Below, one piece after another: positions 52,432 to 64,000 of a DNA stretch of 64,000 nt. Position 1 is the stretch's first letter, and the number at the start of each line of letters is the position of its first letter. The stretch spans positions 2,418,001 to 2,482,000 of the forward strand of contig NC_089430.1 in assembly GCF_026210795.1 (NCBI RefSeq), written 5' to 3'. Below the pieces are notes generated by a model. It saw nothing but the letters and a program-made list of their open reading frames with translations. It was not told the origin of the DNA and searched no databases. Made by a program: the position numbers and the translations under genes. Origin of the DNA: Rhizophagus irregularis. Taxonomy: Eukaryota.

Positions 52432-52994
52432 TATAGATGCTGTCAGAATTATTTTTATGGTTATGGCATGTGCCGTAACACCGTAATTAAATGCCGTAAA
52501 TTGTAAACACTGTGACGCCGTAATGCCGTAATTGAATTTACGCCATAATGGGGGTCTTCACAAAAAACGTGATTGAGATTGAGATTGAGATTTCATATAG
52601 AATTTTCAATCTTAATATGTTAGTAAGATTGAAATTCTATACTAAATTTCAATCTCAATCTCAATCACGTTTTTTGTGAAGACCCCAATGTCGTAAATAT
52701 ATATGCCGTAAATGAATAAGACTAAACTTAATTTCGCCAAGTTTTCGCGTTTTATCACGTGACGCTACACAGATTTCCAAAAAAGGAAATTTTGTCCCTC
52801 AATAAAATTGAATAATGGGTTGCACAAGGTTACACTAGTTTCCAAAAAAAGGAAATATTCATATCGATCGTTTAGCATCGTAAAAGTCACGTGATCATGA
52901 TTAATTACGGCGCCACATTATGGTTACGGCATTATTTATGACATATGTCGTAATGCCGAAATGTCGTAATTAGGGAATTCCGACAGCACCTATA
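52432..52994. mobile_element. hAT-like MITE in the cargo gene
   Basis: TATAG(A/G)TGCTGTC(A/G)GAATT TIRs; perfect 8-bp TSD GCTAGTAC; GCCGTAA subterminal repeats. Confidence 0.88.
52551..52686. mobile_element. 136-bp palindromic mini-MITE
   Basis: GGGGTCTTCACAAAAAACGTGATTGAGATTGAG...CTCAATCTCAATCACGTTTTTTGTGAAGACCCC with a 3-4-bp duplication (AAT/AATG). Confidence 0.85.
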
Positions 52995-54349
52995 GCTAGT
53001 ACACCCGTTCAAGTGCCACCGCAACTAGAAACGAGTCATTCACGTTAGCGGACGAAATTAAAAAATATAAGACACATGTTCTTATTAAATTTTTACAGAA
53101 AGAAGAGGACTTGAAGCTTGACGATGATTACTTGGAAATTATTCGCAAAGAAAAAGTTAATGGCCGTGACTTTCTCAAGTTAACCAAAGAAAAGCTTGCC
53201 AAAGAGTGTAAGGAGAGGAAGAAGTGCTCATTTTCCTCGTATAAGACTCTGAAAGACTTAAAAGAAGTATTAGCAAAATATGGAATTGATGGTAATGGGA
53301 TAGGTGCAATCCGTCAATTTCCACCAAGTGAGTCTTCCCAGCTTATTAATTATTATTTCATGAATTATTATGTTAGTGAGCGGGCATTCTTCTTTCTAGA
53401 AACATATACACTCGAAGACAATGATGAGGAATTGATACAATGTGTAAAGGAAATAAAGCGCAGGTTGGGAAATATGGGGACATTGCTTGCTGATAGCAAT
53501 GAAGCCATGCGGTGTGAATATATTTCAGCTATCCTTCACGCTTTGCTATATATTGTCAAAAAAGTTTGGCTCTCCAGTTAGAAGTTGTTGGTGAGGAAAA
53601 TACCGGTTGCATCGATTATGCGGTCAAGGCCCTTGAGGAACTTATTTGCATCATGGAAGGGAGATTATATCAAGTGGTCATAGGCTTTTAGACTTGCCCT
53701 TATATCATTCCTGACGCCAGTCCTATGGCTACTTATCAAGGACTTTCCAGGATGCACTTATTTACAAACTTTCTGAATGTATCTCTTTACCGGATTCTTT
53801 TACTGATGATTTCTCTGCCCTTAATTGTTGGGATTTCAATACACCTTCTCAGAATCTGGTCCAATGCGAAAGTGCGTTGCAGGTTAATAAGAAACGTAAG
53901 GCAGATACTGCTTTCAGGGAGGATTTTGACTATATTTATATTGGTATTTCATCCTATACGCTTCAGACGGAATATCTTAGTATCTGATTTACTGAGTCTG
54001 CTTTGATAGAGGGTTCAGAAGAAGAAAAGGAGTTGTTTAGAAATGTGAAGCGAGTGATAGAAGTTGTTGTTGGTTTATTGAAGGATAGGGTAGATGTAGA
54101 AAAGGAACCAGCGATGAAGAAGCAATGGGTTCAAGAGTATTTTGAGAAAAAATAATCATGTAAATAAATTAATATAGTTGTAATTTATTTTTGAGTTGCT
54201 TTAATCATTGTAACAATAGATAATAATAATTGTAATAAATTTATTCTTCATTAATAAAAGAGAATTTATTTAGTAAAATAATTCAAATATGTAAAATGAT
54301 ATATCACGTTCTCAATTCTAATACATATATGAATAAACATAATTATTAA

Positions 54350-56475
54350 CTAAACATTTCGCCCACTCCAACTAAATTGCCATTCCTTTTCAAAAAAATT
54401 AAAGCTTCAAATAAATCCTCCTTCATACTTGTCCTTTTTGAGGACATTATCAACCCAGCATCAAAGACAAAATTGACTCTTATTTACGTCCCACCATTTT
54501 AAAGGGTCTTGATCATTTTTGATTTACACCATTACTAAATATCGTTCAACTTCATTATCTTCAGTCTGAAGATCATGAGATTCATCATCTGAGAACAAGC
54601 TTCTTTTATAAACTCGTGTTGAAGTTTTTCTTTTTTTCAGTTTTGGCTCACATTTCTCTAAGTGAATGTTAGTGTCATTCTTTGCTAATTCATAAACTTC
54701 ACGAAAATTAGCTTTTGCTAATTCCTTTCGATCATTGTTTGCAAACATTGTTTTTTTCTTACGTGGATCCAAAAGTGCAGCAATAAGTGCCTCTTTTTCA
54801 ATTACCTCAAAATAATTTTCAAGTGCTTTATAAAGATTTGATTTAATATTATCCAAAAGTCCGAAAGTATTAATAGGAGTATTTATTTTGATTTTTCGCC
54901 TGGCATCAGGTTCATCATCTTCATCAACTTCTTCAAATTGATGATTTTAAAATGCATCATCATTTGTCTCCAAATCTAAGTTAAAGTTTATTGTTGGACT
55001 AAACATACTTTTGAGTTTAATGATACCTGGATATATGTAACTCATGGTTGCATAGTTGCATATTTCGTACCTTCTAATATTTCTGTTAATTCAGCAAAGG
55101 GACCCAAAATTTCAAGTAAATCCCTTATAATATCCCATTCATTATTAGTAAGGTTAATTTTGTTTAACCTTTTTGCATCCTCTTTAGCATTATTATCCTT
55201 ACTTACATTTAAGAATGAAATTACAATATCAATATAAGGTTTTAAAGCTATTAACCTTTCCCATACTATATATGTACTTGACCACCACGTTTCAACATCA
55301 GTAATTGCTCTATAAAAAATTCTATGCAAGTCACTTTCCTCTTCTGGTTCTTCTGAATTTTTTTTTGTGCATTTAAAAGATGCTCATTTTGCTTTGGTGA
55401 AGTAAAAAAATTAATTAGTCTTTTTGCACGTGCAATTAGAATTTCGGCAGTAAGTAACCCTTTTCCAACTACTAATTGGATTGTATGTACCGTACATGAT
55501 AATCTATGCAACTAAACAATTTGGTTAAAACATTTTTTCATGTTAGATGCATTATCAGTAGTACAGAAAAAAACTTTATGTTGCAATTCCCACTGAGTAA
55601 TTATTTTCCCAACGCTTGTTGAATAGCATTTCCGGTATGTGGATATTCCAAATATTGAATAGCTAAAGTAATTTCTCTTATTTCAAAATCAGGTGTAATA
55701 AAATGACAGGTAACACCAAGAAAACCTTGCTTACTACGAGAAGTCCAGAGATCACAAGTAAGTGAAACTGAAGCTGCATTTTCATGAATATACTGCTTAA
55801 GTTTATTTTTTGAAAATCCATATGCTTCAAATATTCTTTTTCAAAATTCTCTATCAGTTGGAAGTTCAAAATTTTCATTTAATGCATTAATAAATCGATG
55901 AAAAGAAGGAGATTTTAAAAGATGAAGAGGTTGAAAATCTAGAATAAGCTATTCAAAAAGAAGAGTTTTCAAATATTTTGTTGATCTTCTGTCATTTGTG
56001 AATGTGAATCTGACGAAATAGCATAACGATCAATTTTTACCTGTTTTAAGGATGGCGTAATAGTTGATAAAGGTTTAGAATGTTCATATATTTTGTGTTT
56101 TCGATTAAGATGACTAATAATATTACCAGTTGGACCTGAAGTTTCGATCTGTGCAGCACAATTTTCGCCATTATCTAATTTTTGATTACACTCAAAAATA
56201 TACTTATTTGAATTGGTTGGATAATTTTTTCGTTCTCCCCAATTATATATCCAACTTTGAAGTTTTGATCCTCCTTTACTTTTAGTTTGAAAATTTAAAT
56301 TATGTTCTTTATCAAGAAGTTTATCAAACGCATTTTTTGTATACTCTTCTATACTATTAGTATCTTCTAAAGGTGGTAAAAGGTTTTCTGGTGGTGTAAG
56401 ATTTTCTATATCAATTATATCAATATAGTTATCTTCAGATTGTAAACGTATTTCTATAGTTCTTTCGGTTGACAT
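54350..56475 (-). pseudogene. hAT transposase (BED finger to dimerization domain), multiple frameshifts and stops
   Basis: FECN..CAAQI..HLNRKH, LTCDLWTSR, TTDNASNM, CTVHTIQL, DVETWWSSTY, LLDPRKK, PLKWW. Confidence 0.88.
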
Positions 56476-58396
56476 ATTTAGAAATAATGCTAAACTTCGA
56501 AGTGTTTCTTTGTTAATTTTTTTTTTCTTTGTCTTAAAATAAAACCACGTTTTTTAAAGTAGTACATTAATACTAAATAGTTATTTGTGTGACATAAATG
56601 TTAATCATTATAGGATAATCTGGATAATCCGGATAATCTAAAATTTTATTCATTTGTAAATTCTTAAATCTGGATATCCAGTTAAAATTAACCGGATACA
56701 AATTTGGATAATAGGATAATCCGGATAAATCCTAGGATTTTATCCATTCAAGGAAAGCTCTAGCAACATGGAATATCAGTCTGAAAGACTTACAAGTAAA
56801 ACACTGTTTGTTAGCTCGTGTTTTTGCGCTCTTATACGACAATATGTTAACCATAAAATCATGTGGTGTGAAAGTTAATCAGATTCAAGGGGGATTATTA
56901 CCAATAGTAAAAATATTTACACATAAAGAAATATTTACAAATGGAATTAGTAAGGGACTGAAAGGGAAAAATGTTTATTTTGCTAGTCAGTTAATATCAT
57001 CAGATGGTATACGTCTTCTGAGATATAAAGATTTGAAACATAGAACTAAGATAAATATACAGGGTAGAATCCCTAGTTGGTTCAAGTTTATAGAAACTAA
57101 ACTTATTGAAGATCCTTTAAAATCTAAGAAAGTGAAAACTGATTATCAATTAGGATATAATATACATAGTGTAAACACAAAAATTGATAATTTAAAAACA
57201 AAAAATTGGATAACAACTTTTCATGATCAAATAGGTAAACCATAATAGGGCGTGTTTTAGATAATCCAAATGAAGACAAAATTCGTATAGAACATTGGAT
57301 ACAAGACCTAGAAAATGATCAAATATCACCATCAGTACAGTTACCAATCCTTAGCTTGGTATGTGGGATATTGGATGCTTATGTGATTTTACATTTTTAA
57401 TGAAGAATCAAGTCAGTTGTCAGTTAATAGAATTATCAAGGTGCTATAAAATAACTAAAGAAAAGTTGTTGTATAAGGTACTGAAACAAATAACTGGGAG
57501 AGTTTTATTAGAATTCAAAGTGCTTATTTGGGAACCAAGGAACGAGTTACAAATAAAGGAAGAAAAGCGGTGCGGTATTAGCGGTAAAGATAAAAAAGCT
57601 AAGTCACATAGTAAACACACTGAAGTGGGTGTTAAAGATGTTGGCTGTAATATGTTAGAAAGTAATTGGAATAAATGGAATGATTTGGCATTCCATCGAG
57701 GTGGTCATTGGGCAAATTTTTAGGTAGATCATGATAGTCACCTTTGAATTTGAGGTCACATCATGGTTTTTAACAATGATGTGATCGTTTAGGTGACAGG
57801 TCGACTTGTTCTTTATGAAAAGTAGTCTTGTTTCATAATGCTTAATTCTTATATGTATTTGTTTATCTTATATTTTGTAAGTTTATATATGTAAGTAAGC
57901 GTGATTATAATAGGATATGATCGCATCTATAATAAAGTATTAAAAAAAAAAAAAAATTAATCATCAAATCTTTATTAAAAAATAGATTGGATTACTGAAT
58001 ATCAAACGCCATGGATATTGGCATCATTGAATTGTAATTATTCGTCAATGGATTATGATGTGTAGATGACCACTCCATTGTATCTGAATGTTCTCATGCG
58101 AACATAAATAGAGAAGGAACATGACTAAGATTAAAGACTGCTATTTTTCAGTAAGTTGTTTGATTTATTAAGGTTTTTTAGTACATTTTATTAATTATTA
58201 TAAATTTATTATTTTAGCTTGTGGAATTATATATAGAAGATTTTATAATAATTACCAGTACAATGTACCAATGTCAAGCAAAAACAAAAGTGGTGTTAAA
58301 AAAAAGATAGATGCTAACAAAAGAAAAGGTGACAATATTTTATATTAGTTGATATCTAATTTATATTACTTACATTATTATTACTTAATTCGTGAT

Positions 58397-60245
58397 TTTA
58401 TTTTTATTTTTATTTTTAAAATAAAGACTAGTACTGGGGCTGCACTATACATAGGAACATGTACCTACAAAGTAAAACCATTATTCCAAGCTAAAGATTA
58501 ACCCAACCTCTTGAACAAATTGAAGGGGTCGCCTAGCCTCGCTCCACAAGGAACGAACCAGATAGAACAAAAAAAAAAGACACTCAAACACTAATTTAGC
58601 GAGAGTTTCCAGTCAAAAAGAAAAAAATTAATTCTGCCTATTCTGAAATAAAATCTATTATTCTTATAACTACTAAATCTTTAAGAAAAAAAGAATGACA
58701 ACCACCCAGCGTTAACCGAGAGAATACTTAGACTAATTTTCGCAGTAAGGATAAAATTTCTGCTAAAACTACCATGTTATCCTTATTACCTCCTTTATCC
58801 CTAGACTTCTTATTAGACTTCGACTTCTGGGATTTGGGATCCTTCAACGGGTCTTTAGTAGATTTGGCTTGCTTCTTAGCACTAGTTGAGGATTTCTGGT
58901 CCTTCTTCTTAAGGTTAACGTTACCAGACTGTTGCGTGGGTTTTCTGGGCTTCTTGTCAGGAACATTCTTTGCCTTTTGTTTGGTTGGTGCTTTCTTCAA
59001 GGTAGGTAAAGAGTGTCAACACCATTTCAACTCCGGAGAATTCTCCCGGAAAGCTTGTGGAGTTCCTAAGGCTTTGAGTGTAGCCTCCCAATTCTCGAAA
59101 TATCCTACGAGCTTTCTCTTACCTTTACTTGTTTGGATAATTTTAAACACACTAGCACCGCACGTCGTTAAAAATGATTGTGGTTTACGGTCTGCCCACA
59201 AGGTAGCCATTGTCATGTCAACCAGAATATCATGAATGACAGCTTGGAACTTTTCGCGTTGTTTTCTTTCTCATAAAGTCCAACTTGCAGGGAACCATCT
59301 CACAGGTATACCTCCCAGATCAGTCATCCAGAACTTGTTAAATGTGGGAAGGGTAAATGATTTTGACTCTAAGAGTCTGATATTTGTGTTGCTGTTTTAA
59401 TGACAACTTAATAGTTTTGCCCTATAACGTTAATTCTCCTAAGATTTTCTCAACGTCCCAGGTATACGGAATGTCATATACAATAATGTCTCTGACTCGT
59501 CTTCGGCTTCTTTGTATCCATTCAGTATATGTGTAGCCCAGGTGTGGAAGTTTTTGCCCCCAAAAATAGGGTATTTTGTTTGTCTGGAGTTTGTGCCTCA
59601 GGTTTTGCCCTTTGTTTATCTTTCTTCCAGGAAGTTTCAGGTGTCACAGTTTGATCAACAGGGGTCATTTTCACATCTGGCAGTATTGGGGGTGTAACAT
59701 GTACTGGTTTTGGTGTAGTTTTCGGAATTGATAGAAACGTAGATCCAAATTCGTCATCAGTGGAGGGACATTCCGACTCTGAGTCACCCATGTCACCAAA
59801 TCTAATATAGGCGCGGGTAGCAAAATTATTCCACGACCTGAATGAAGCATAAAGGGCTATAGAAAATAATAGTGAAAGGGTGGTTGGTTGTATATTCATC
59901 ACCACCGCCTGTTGGGCGAAGTTGTTCAGGTTGGCAGACTCACCAAACATATCTACTAAAAGCTGTGCTTTATCTACAGGTTGCTGTGGGTTTTTATCAA
60001 ACAAAGTTTTAAGGAAACCGTTCTCAACAAACTGTCCAAGCTGAAATGTTGTATAGGATAAGAACGTTTCCCTTCTTCTGAAACGAACTCTAAAAAGTCT
60101 GCTTCAGGATGTTCAGAATAATTTTCAACTGAGTCTCCCATGTTCGACATTTTTATTTTATGTAAAAAATTTTAATAAAAGTGAAAAAATTTAAAAAAAT
60201 TTAGTGCAGAAATTTTCGTAAAAATGAAAAGGAGAAAGAGTTTTT
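58397..60245 (-). mobile_element. Non-autonomous LINE-like retroelement containing gag/ORF1-like remnants only
   Basis: 12-bp TSD TTAATTCGTGAT (58385-58396 / 60246-60257); (TAAAAA)n tail; 5' AACTCTTTCTCCTTTTC resembles the LINE 5' end at 27550; no RT motifs. Confidence 0.7.
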
Positions 60246-61758
60246 TTAATTCGTGATCCATCTCCATACCAGTGAAAACTACTAATAAATTTCGGGGAAC
60301 TGGTTTTACAAATTAATTATCCCTTAAATGGCTTTTGGGCTGATTTGCCTTGCCCAGAATTTTTTTTTTTTAAGTGTTATATAATAATGTTCTGAGTATA
60401 TTGAATGATAAATTTGCATCATCAAATATTAATATCACAAGTTTGATCAACATATACTTGCCATTTAAGGTTACGTTATTATACAAATTGGTGATATTAC
60501 CTAAAAAGTAACCAGCCAAATTTGTATTACAACCCGGCTGAAAAATAGTGTAACCAATTGCTTAAACCCGAGGAAATCAAGATCCATCAAAAATTTTTAC
60601 ATTGAACGATTAGTTAAAAAATTTTTTCTTTAGTGACGCTGGATTCTGGCCTTTAAAAATGCCGTAATTATTCAATACAAGAGGTGGGACAATCACAAAA
60701 TTGATATTTTTTTATTAAAATATTATTTATATGCTGGTAAATAATTTATTTAAAGGTTATAAACAAGAAAAAACAAAAAAAAAGTATTAAAATTATTTAT
60801 TTCTATTAAACACAGGTTGTCTAACTTATCGTACTATATTTTGCTTATATTGAGCGGTGTATCTAGTAATTTTGGATAGTTGATACTTTTGGAATGTCAG
60901 TTCTTCTACTCTAATAATTTGTAAGTTCATTTCACATTTTCTGCGTGCTATATCTATTGAAATACAAAGGCCATTTCCTTGAAAATAAAATAAGAAATAT
61001 TATATGCTTCTTCTAGTAATATAGTAGTAACATGGTGTAATACTTGGAATATTTCAAAATCCGGATACTGAAGTTTATCTTTTAGTTTTCAATGATATTT
61101 ATTTTACAGCTGATTGCAAAATTGTAAGACCACCCTATGATTTTTAATTTGAAAATTTGATATTTTGAATTTTTCAAAAAAGCAAGTTTAAATATCTAAA
61201 GTAATTTATTTATATTGATATATTTCTATTTTTATTTAAGGAGTTGAATAAATAGGTTTTTTCATCTAAATTAAGGAATTTGACAATAATTTAATAAACA
61301 CTTATGCTACATGATTATATGACGTTAAAAAATTTTTTTTTTCGTAAACTTCCTATTAAACTCCCCATCAACTTCCTCATCAACTTTTCAACCAGTTTTT
61401 ACATCAAGTAAGTTGAGAATTTTTGCAAGTATATTAGTAATTATTTTGTATTAGATACAACTTGAAGCTGTTTTTTTGTTTTTATTTTTTTTATATAGTT
61501 TATAGAAAAAATTTATTTAGAAAGCAAAATTATTCAAAAAAAATCTTTCAATAAATAAATAACTCTAAATATTAATAACGATGTTTTAGCGAATTTAAAT
61601 TATGTATTGATTAATTGTTTAATTAAAATCTATTTGATATTTATTATTAATTATTTTTCAGTTAATTTTTTTTCGTTAAATCATTAAGTATTCTGGATTT
61701 TGTAAAGTTTTTCTTTTGTTTTTTTAACTTTATAATATTTTTTCCTTTTTTTTCTAGA

Positions 61759-63029
61759 AACTCCTTCTACTAGTTTTGGATTAAAGAGGTAAATATTTTG
61801 GGAGAAATCTTAAAAGTTTTTTTTATATATTTTTAAAGCTAACTGGCCAAGCGGTTCGCAAGCCGGACCTTTGTCTTTGGAAGAGGTTCTTACCAACGAA
61901 GTTACTACCAGTTGATGAAGTGTGTGTGCTGAGTTTTGGTTCTCTTTGAGCTCCCTACCTTATATGTCTTTGGCATTATTTTTGGTCTTCTCCGTACCTT
62001 GTATATATTTTGGTTTATTCTTTCTGTCGTTATCTTTATTTTATTTTCGTTATTTTTTTTTTCCTGCGCCACCTTCCTGCGCATTTTGGAAATTTGAAAA
62101 ATAAACCAAAATTGATTTACCCCCTCCAAATGATCATTATAGTCATGTGATTGATCTTCCATTTCTTATATACGTATATACATTGTTCATTTTAATTTAT
62201 ATTTGATCACGTTTTCAATATTTTGGGCAAATTCCTGGACTTCGATTTGGATTATATATGAATTCTCCTTTTGGTTTTATTATCTCTGCTGCCGATATTG
62301 AAATGGTTTTGTTCTTTACTAACCTTTTGTAGTCGATGCCGGGGAAGGGTTCTCCAAGTTGCGTTCTATTTTAAGCTTTGCTAAAGACCAACAGTTCTTT
62401 CATACTGAAAAATCCGTCTTTGATCGCTGAGAATAACCGTGATATGGTATTGAGGGCCAAGAGCTTGTAACGGCTATTGTTTTTGTTTTTGTTTTTAAAT
62501 TTTTCCATTATTTGTAGTGGTGTTTTATGGTTTTTGTTTGTTTCTTTTATAATCCGATCTATGGTTTTCTTTTTATGTGTATTGTTTTTATTTTCTTTGA
62601 ATTTCATCTTTACTTAATTAGGTTTATCCTATGAGTATTCCTTTCCTTTTTACATAGTTATTCTTCATAGTTTAACTTTTGTTCTACTCCCCTTACAAAA
62701 TTTTATGTAAGGATTAATGGCACGTTTAGATTTACCGGTTGTCCAATCCTGTTTAGCGTTCTTTATGAAGGTTAGGTGGGAAGTAAATCTTACGTACAGT
62801 AGCATTTACTTGGTTTAAAATATAGCTTTGGGAATGATGCTTTGGGTTATTCAGTTTATAGTCTTTAGTTTTACTTTAGTTTATTCTCTGAATAGTCTGT
62901 AGTGATACTGTTATGTTGCTCTTACTTTTATATCGTGCTATTTTAATGTTTGTAAGTTAATATTGAAATTCACTATTTTAAATAAAGTTTGTGGATATCA
63001 TGCCTTGTTTGCCTAGTTTTTGACCAGTA
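61759..63029 (+). mobile_element. Probable non-coding retroelement sharing the LINE 3'-terminal motif
   Basis: 5' AACTCCTTCTAC; T-rich body; 3' ATGCCTTGTTTGCCTAGTTTTTGACCAGTA versus ATGCCATGTTTGCCTGGTTTTTGACCAGT for the LINE. The 5' boundary is uncertain. Confidence 0.5.
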
Positions 63030-63463
63030 AGGTCCCTAAAGATTTGGAAACTTTAACCCGACATTATCGGTTTTTAAATCGCCTAATGCATTCAATACGT
63101 CTGTTGCGCAAATATCCTTCAATTTATTCTACTGTTCACGAATACAAATGGTCCATTCATTTGATTAGACTTCAAAACATTCTTCACTTATATAAGTAAG
63201 TGTTTACTTTCATTCCTACTCTACCTTCATCTCTCTCATCATGTCAACAAGATGATTTTAAATCACTTCTTGATGTTTTATCCAATATCTCCAAATCCTT
63301 ACAGGGATTTCACTTGCTTCAAGAAAAAAAATTTCAAGACTCCTCCATCCGTGCTCGTTTGGATGATAGAAATAATAACTTTGAAACTGACCTTTCTTCT
63401 TTTATCGATTCAGCGCTTTCTCGCTCTTGTCGCTGTATCACTTTGGATCATGTCTTTCTTGAC
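63030..63463 (+). mobile_element. LINE ORF2 fragment (APE-RT linker) of the 19356-27549 family
   Basis: KVPKDLETLTRHYRFLNRL...DDRNNNFETDLSSFIDSALSR aligns to 23690-24120. Confidence 0.9.
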
Positions 63464-64000
63464 TAGAGCTCCGCAACCTGACCCGACAGATCAGGTGACC
63501 CGACGGGTTGACCCGAAATATTCAGGTCAGGTCATCAAATTCATGACCTGACACGGGTCGGGTCAGTGCTGGTCGGTACCCGACCTGACCCGTTGACCTG
63601 ACATATATTTGGGTCAAATAAATTAAATAACGCCAAAACTTATAATGATTCTGGCGTTTTTACATGTACAATCGAAAAAAAATGCCGAAACTATCAGTTT
63701 CAGCGTTTTTACATGTAAAATCAAAAAGAAAAACACCAGAACTAATTATTCCGGCGTTTTTACATGTAAAATCAAAAAGGAAAACACCGGAACTAATGAT
63801 TCCGGCATTTTTACATGTAAAATCAAAAAAAAATGCCGAAACTATCAGTTTCGGCATTTTTACATGTAAAATCAAAAAAAAACACCGGAACTAATGATTC
63901 CGGTGCTTTTACATGTAAAATCAAAAAAAAAAACGCTGAAACTACCAGTTTCGGCGTTTTTACATGTAAAATCAAAAAGAAGAATGCCAGAACTAATTAT
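63464..64000. mobile_element. Left end of a hAT-like element with TGACCCG subterminal repeats and an internal ~57-60-bp tandem array; runs off the window
   Basis: Begins TAGAGCTCCGCAACCTGACCCG and truncates the LINE fragment. From ~63650, six units of TTTTACATGTA(A/C)AATC(A/G)AAAA...GAAACT/GAACT. Confidence 0.7.

Larger units (their letters stand above)
52415..54155 (+). pseudogene. Crinkler-related protein (SAM-like N-terminus, PD-(D/E)xK nuclease-like C-terminus), disrupted
   Basis: MSEAST|PVQ... is restored by removing the 52432-52994 insertion. IIRKEKVNGRDFLKL (SAM-like); NEAMRCEYISAIL, EVVGEENTGCIDYAV..ELICIMEG, QNLVQCESAL (restriction-endonuclease-like, as in fungal CRN proteins). Confidence 0.6.
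52171..56762. mobile_element. Full-length hAT transposon with cargo gene, inserted in LINE ORF2
   Basis: TAGAGCTTT...AAAGCTCTA termini; perfect 8-bp TSD GCAACATG; subterminal GGATAA(TCC) repeats. Confidence 0.93.
46359..57955 (+). mobile_element. Degenerate LINE of a second family (ORF1 46486-~49080; ORF2 APE-RT 49073-~57720), poly(A)-tailed, interrupted by a MITE and a hAT element
   Basis: 17-bp TSD ATTAATCATCAAATCTT (46342-46358 / 57956-57972) and poly(A) tail. Motifs TINVSGLN, GDFNA, SRIDYMW, TDHSAV, DLSKAYDRV, GIDQGEVISPLLW, YIDD, RILGVW. Confidence 0.92.
38472..58330 (+). pseudogene. Intron-rich Mutator-like DDE transposase pseudogene; exons at 38472-40576, 46177-46305 and 57986-58330, separated by nested insertions
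   Basis: HSHPPSPP, VDMSYKRV (D), AIIVDLDKGQA (D), KSCLIHFER (CxxH), and a damaged N..(E)SSHANINREG segment. GT-AG introns and several stops. Confidence 0.55.

Noticed and set aside
63645..64000. CRISPR-like array (also considered for 40800-41400 and 43013-43170)
   Set aside because: These are tandem units without unique spacers, there are no cas genes, and the context is eukaryotic TE sequence.

Overview
This is AT-rich, intron-rich fungal DNA. The gene style and transposon families look like an arbuscular mycorrhizal fungus (Glomeromycotina, Rhizophagus-like); this is inferred, not searched. The first ~10 kb holds four tightly packed housekeeping genes: a Fus3/Kss1/MAK-2-type MAP kinase (3'-partial), STRIPAK subunit Far11/HAM-2, an AN1 zinc-finger protein and augmin subunit HAUS6. 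The remaining ~54 kb is a nest of transposable elements, most with readable terminal inverted repeats (TIRs) and target-site duplications (TSDs). It includes MITEs of several superfamilies, two ~1-kb tRNA-headed SINE-like elements, APE-RT-RNaseH LINEs, a two-gene PIF/Harbinger element, two full-length hAT elements with cargo genes and an intron-rich MULE-like transposase pseudogene. Most notable: (i) a head-to-tail LINE dimer inserted into a CACTA TIR whose 15-bp target is identical to the LINE's own 3' end; (ii) a hAT element carrying an intact spliced Myb/SANT-plus-RS-domain gene; (iii) a hAT element carrying a Crinkler-like nuclease gene; (iv) long structured SINEs; (v) a ~110-bp dyad module shared by unrelated MITE families. 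All calls are by eye; no database searches were run.
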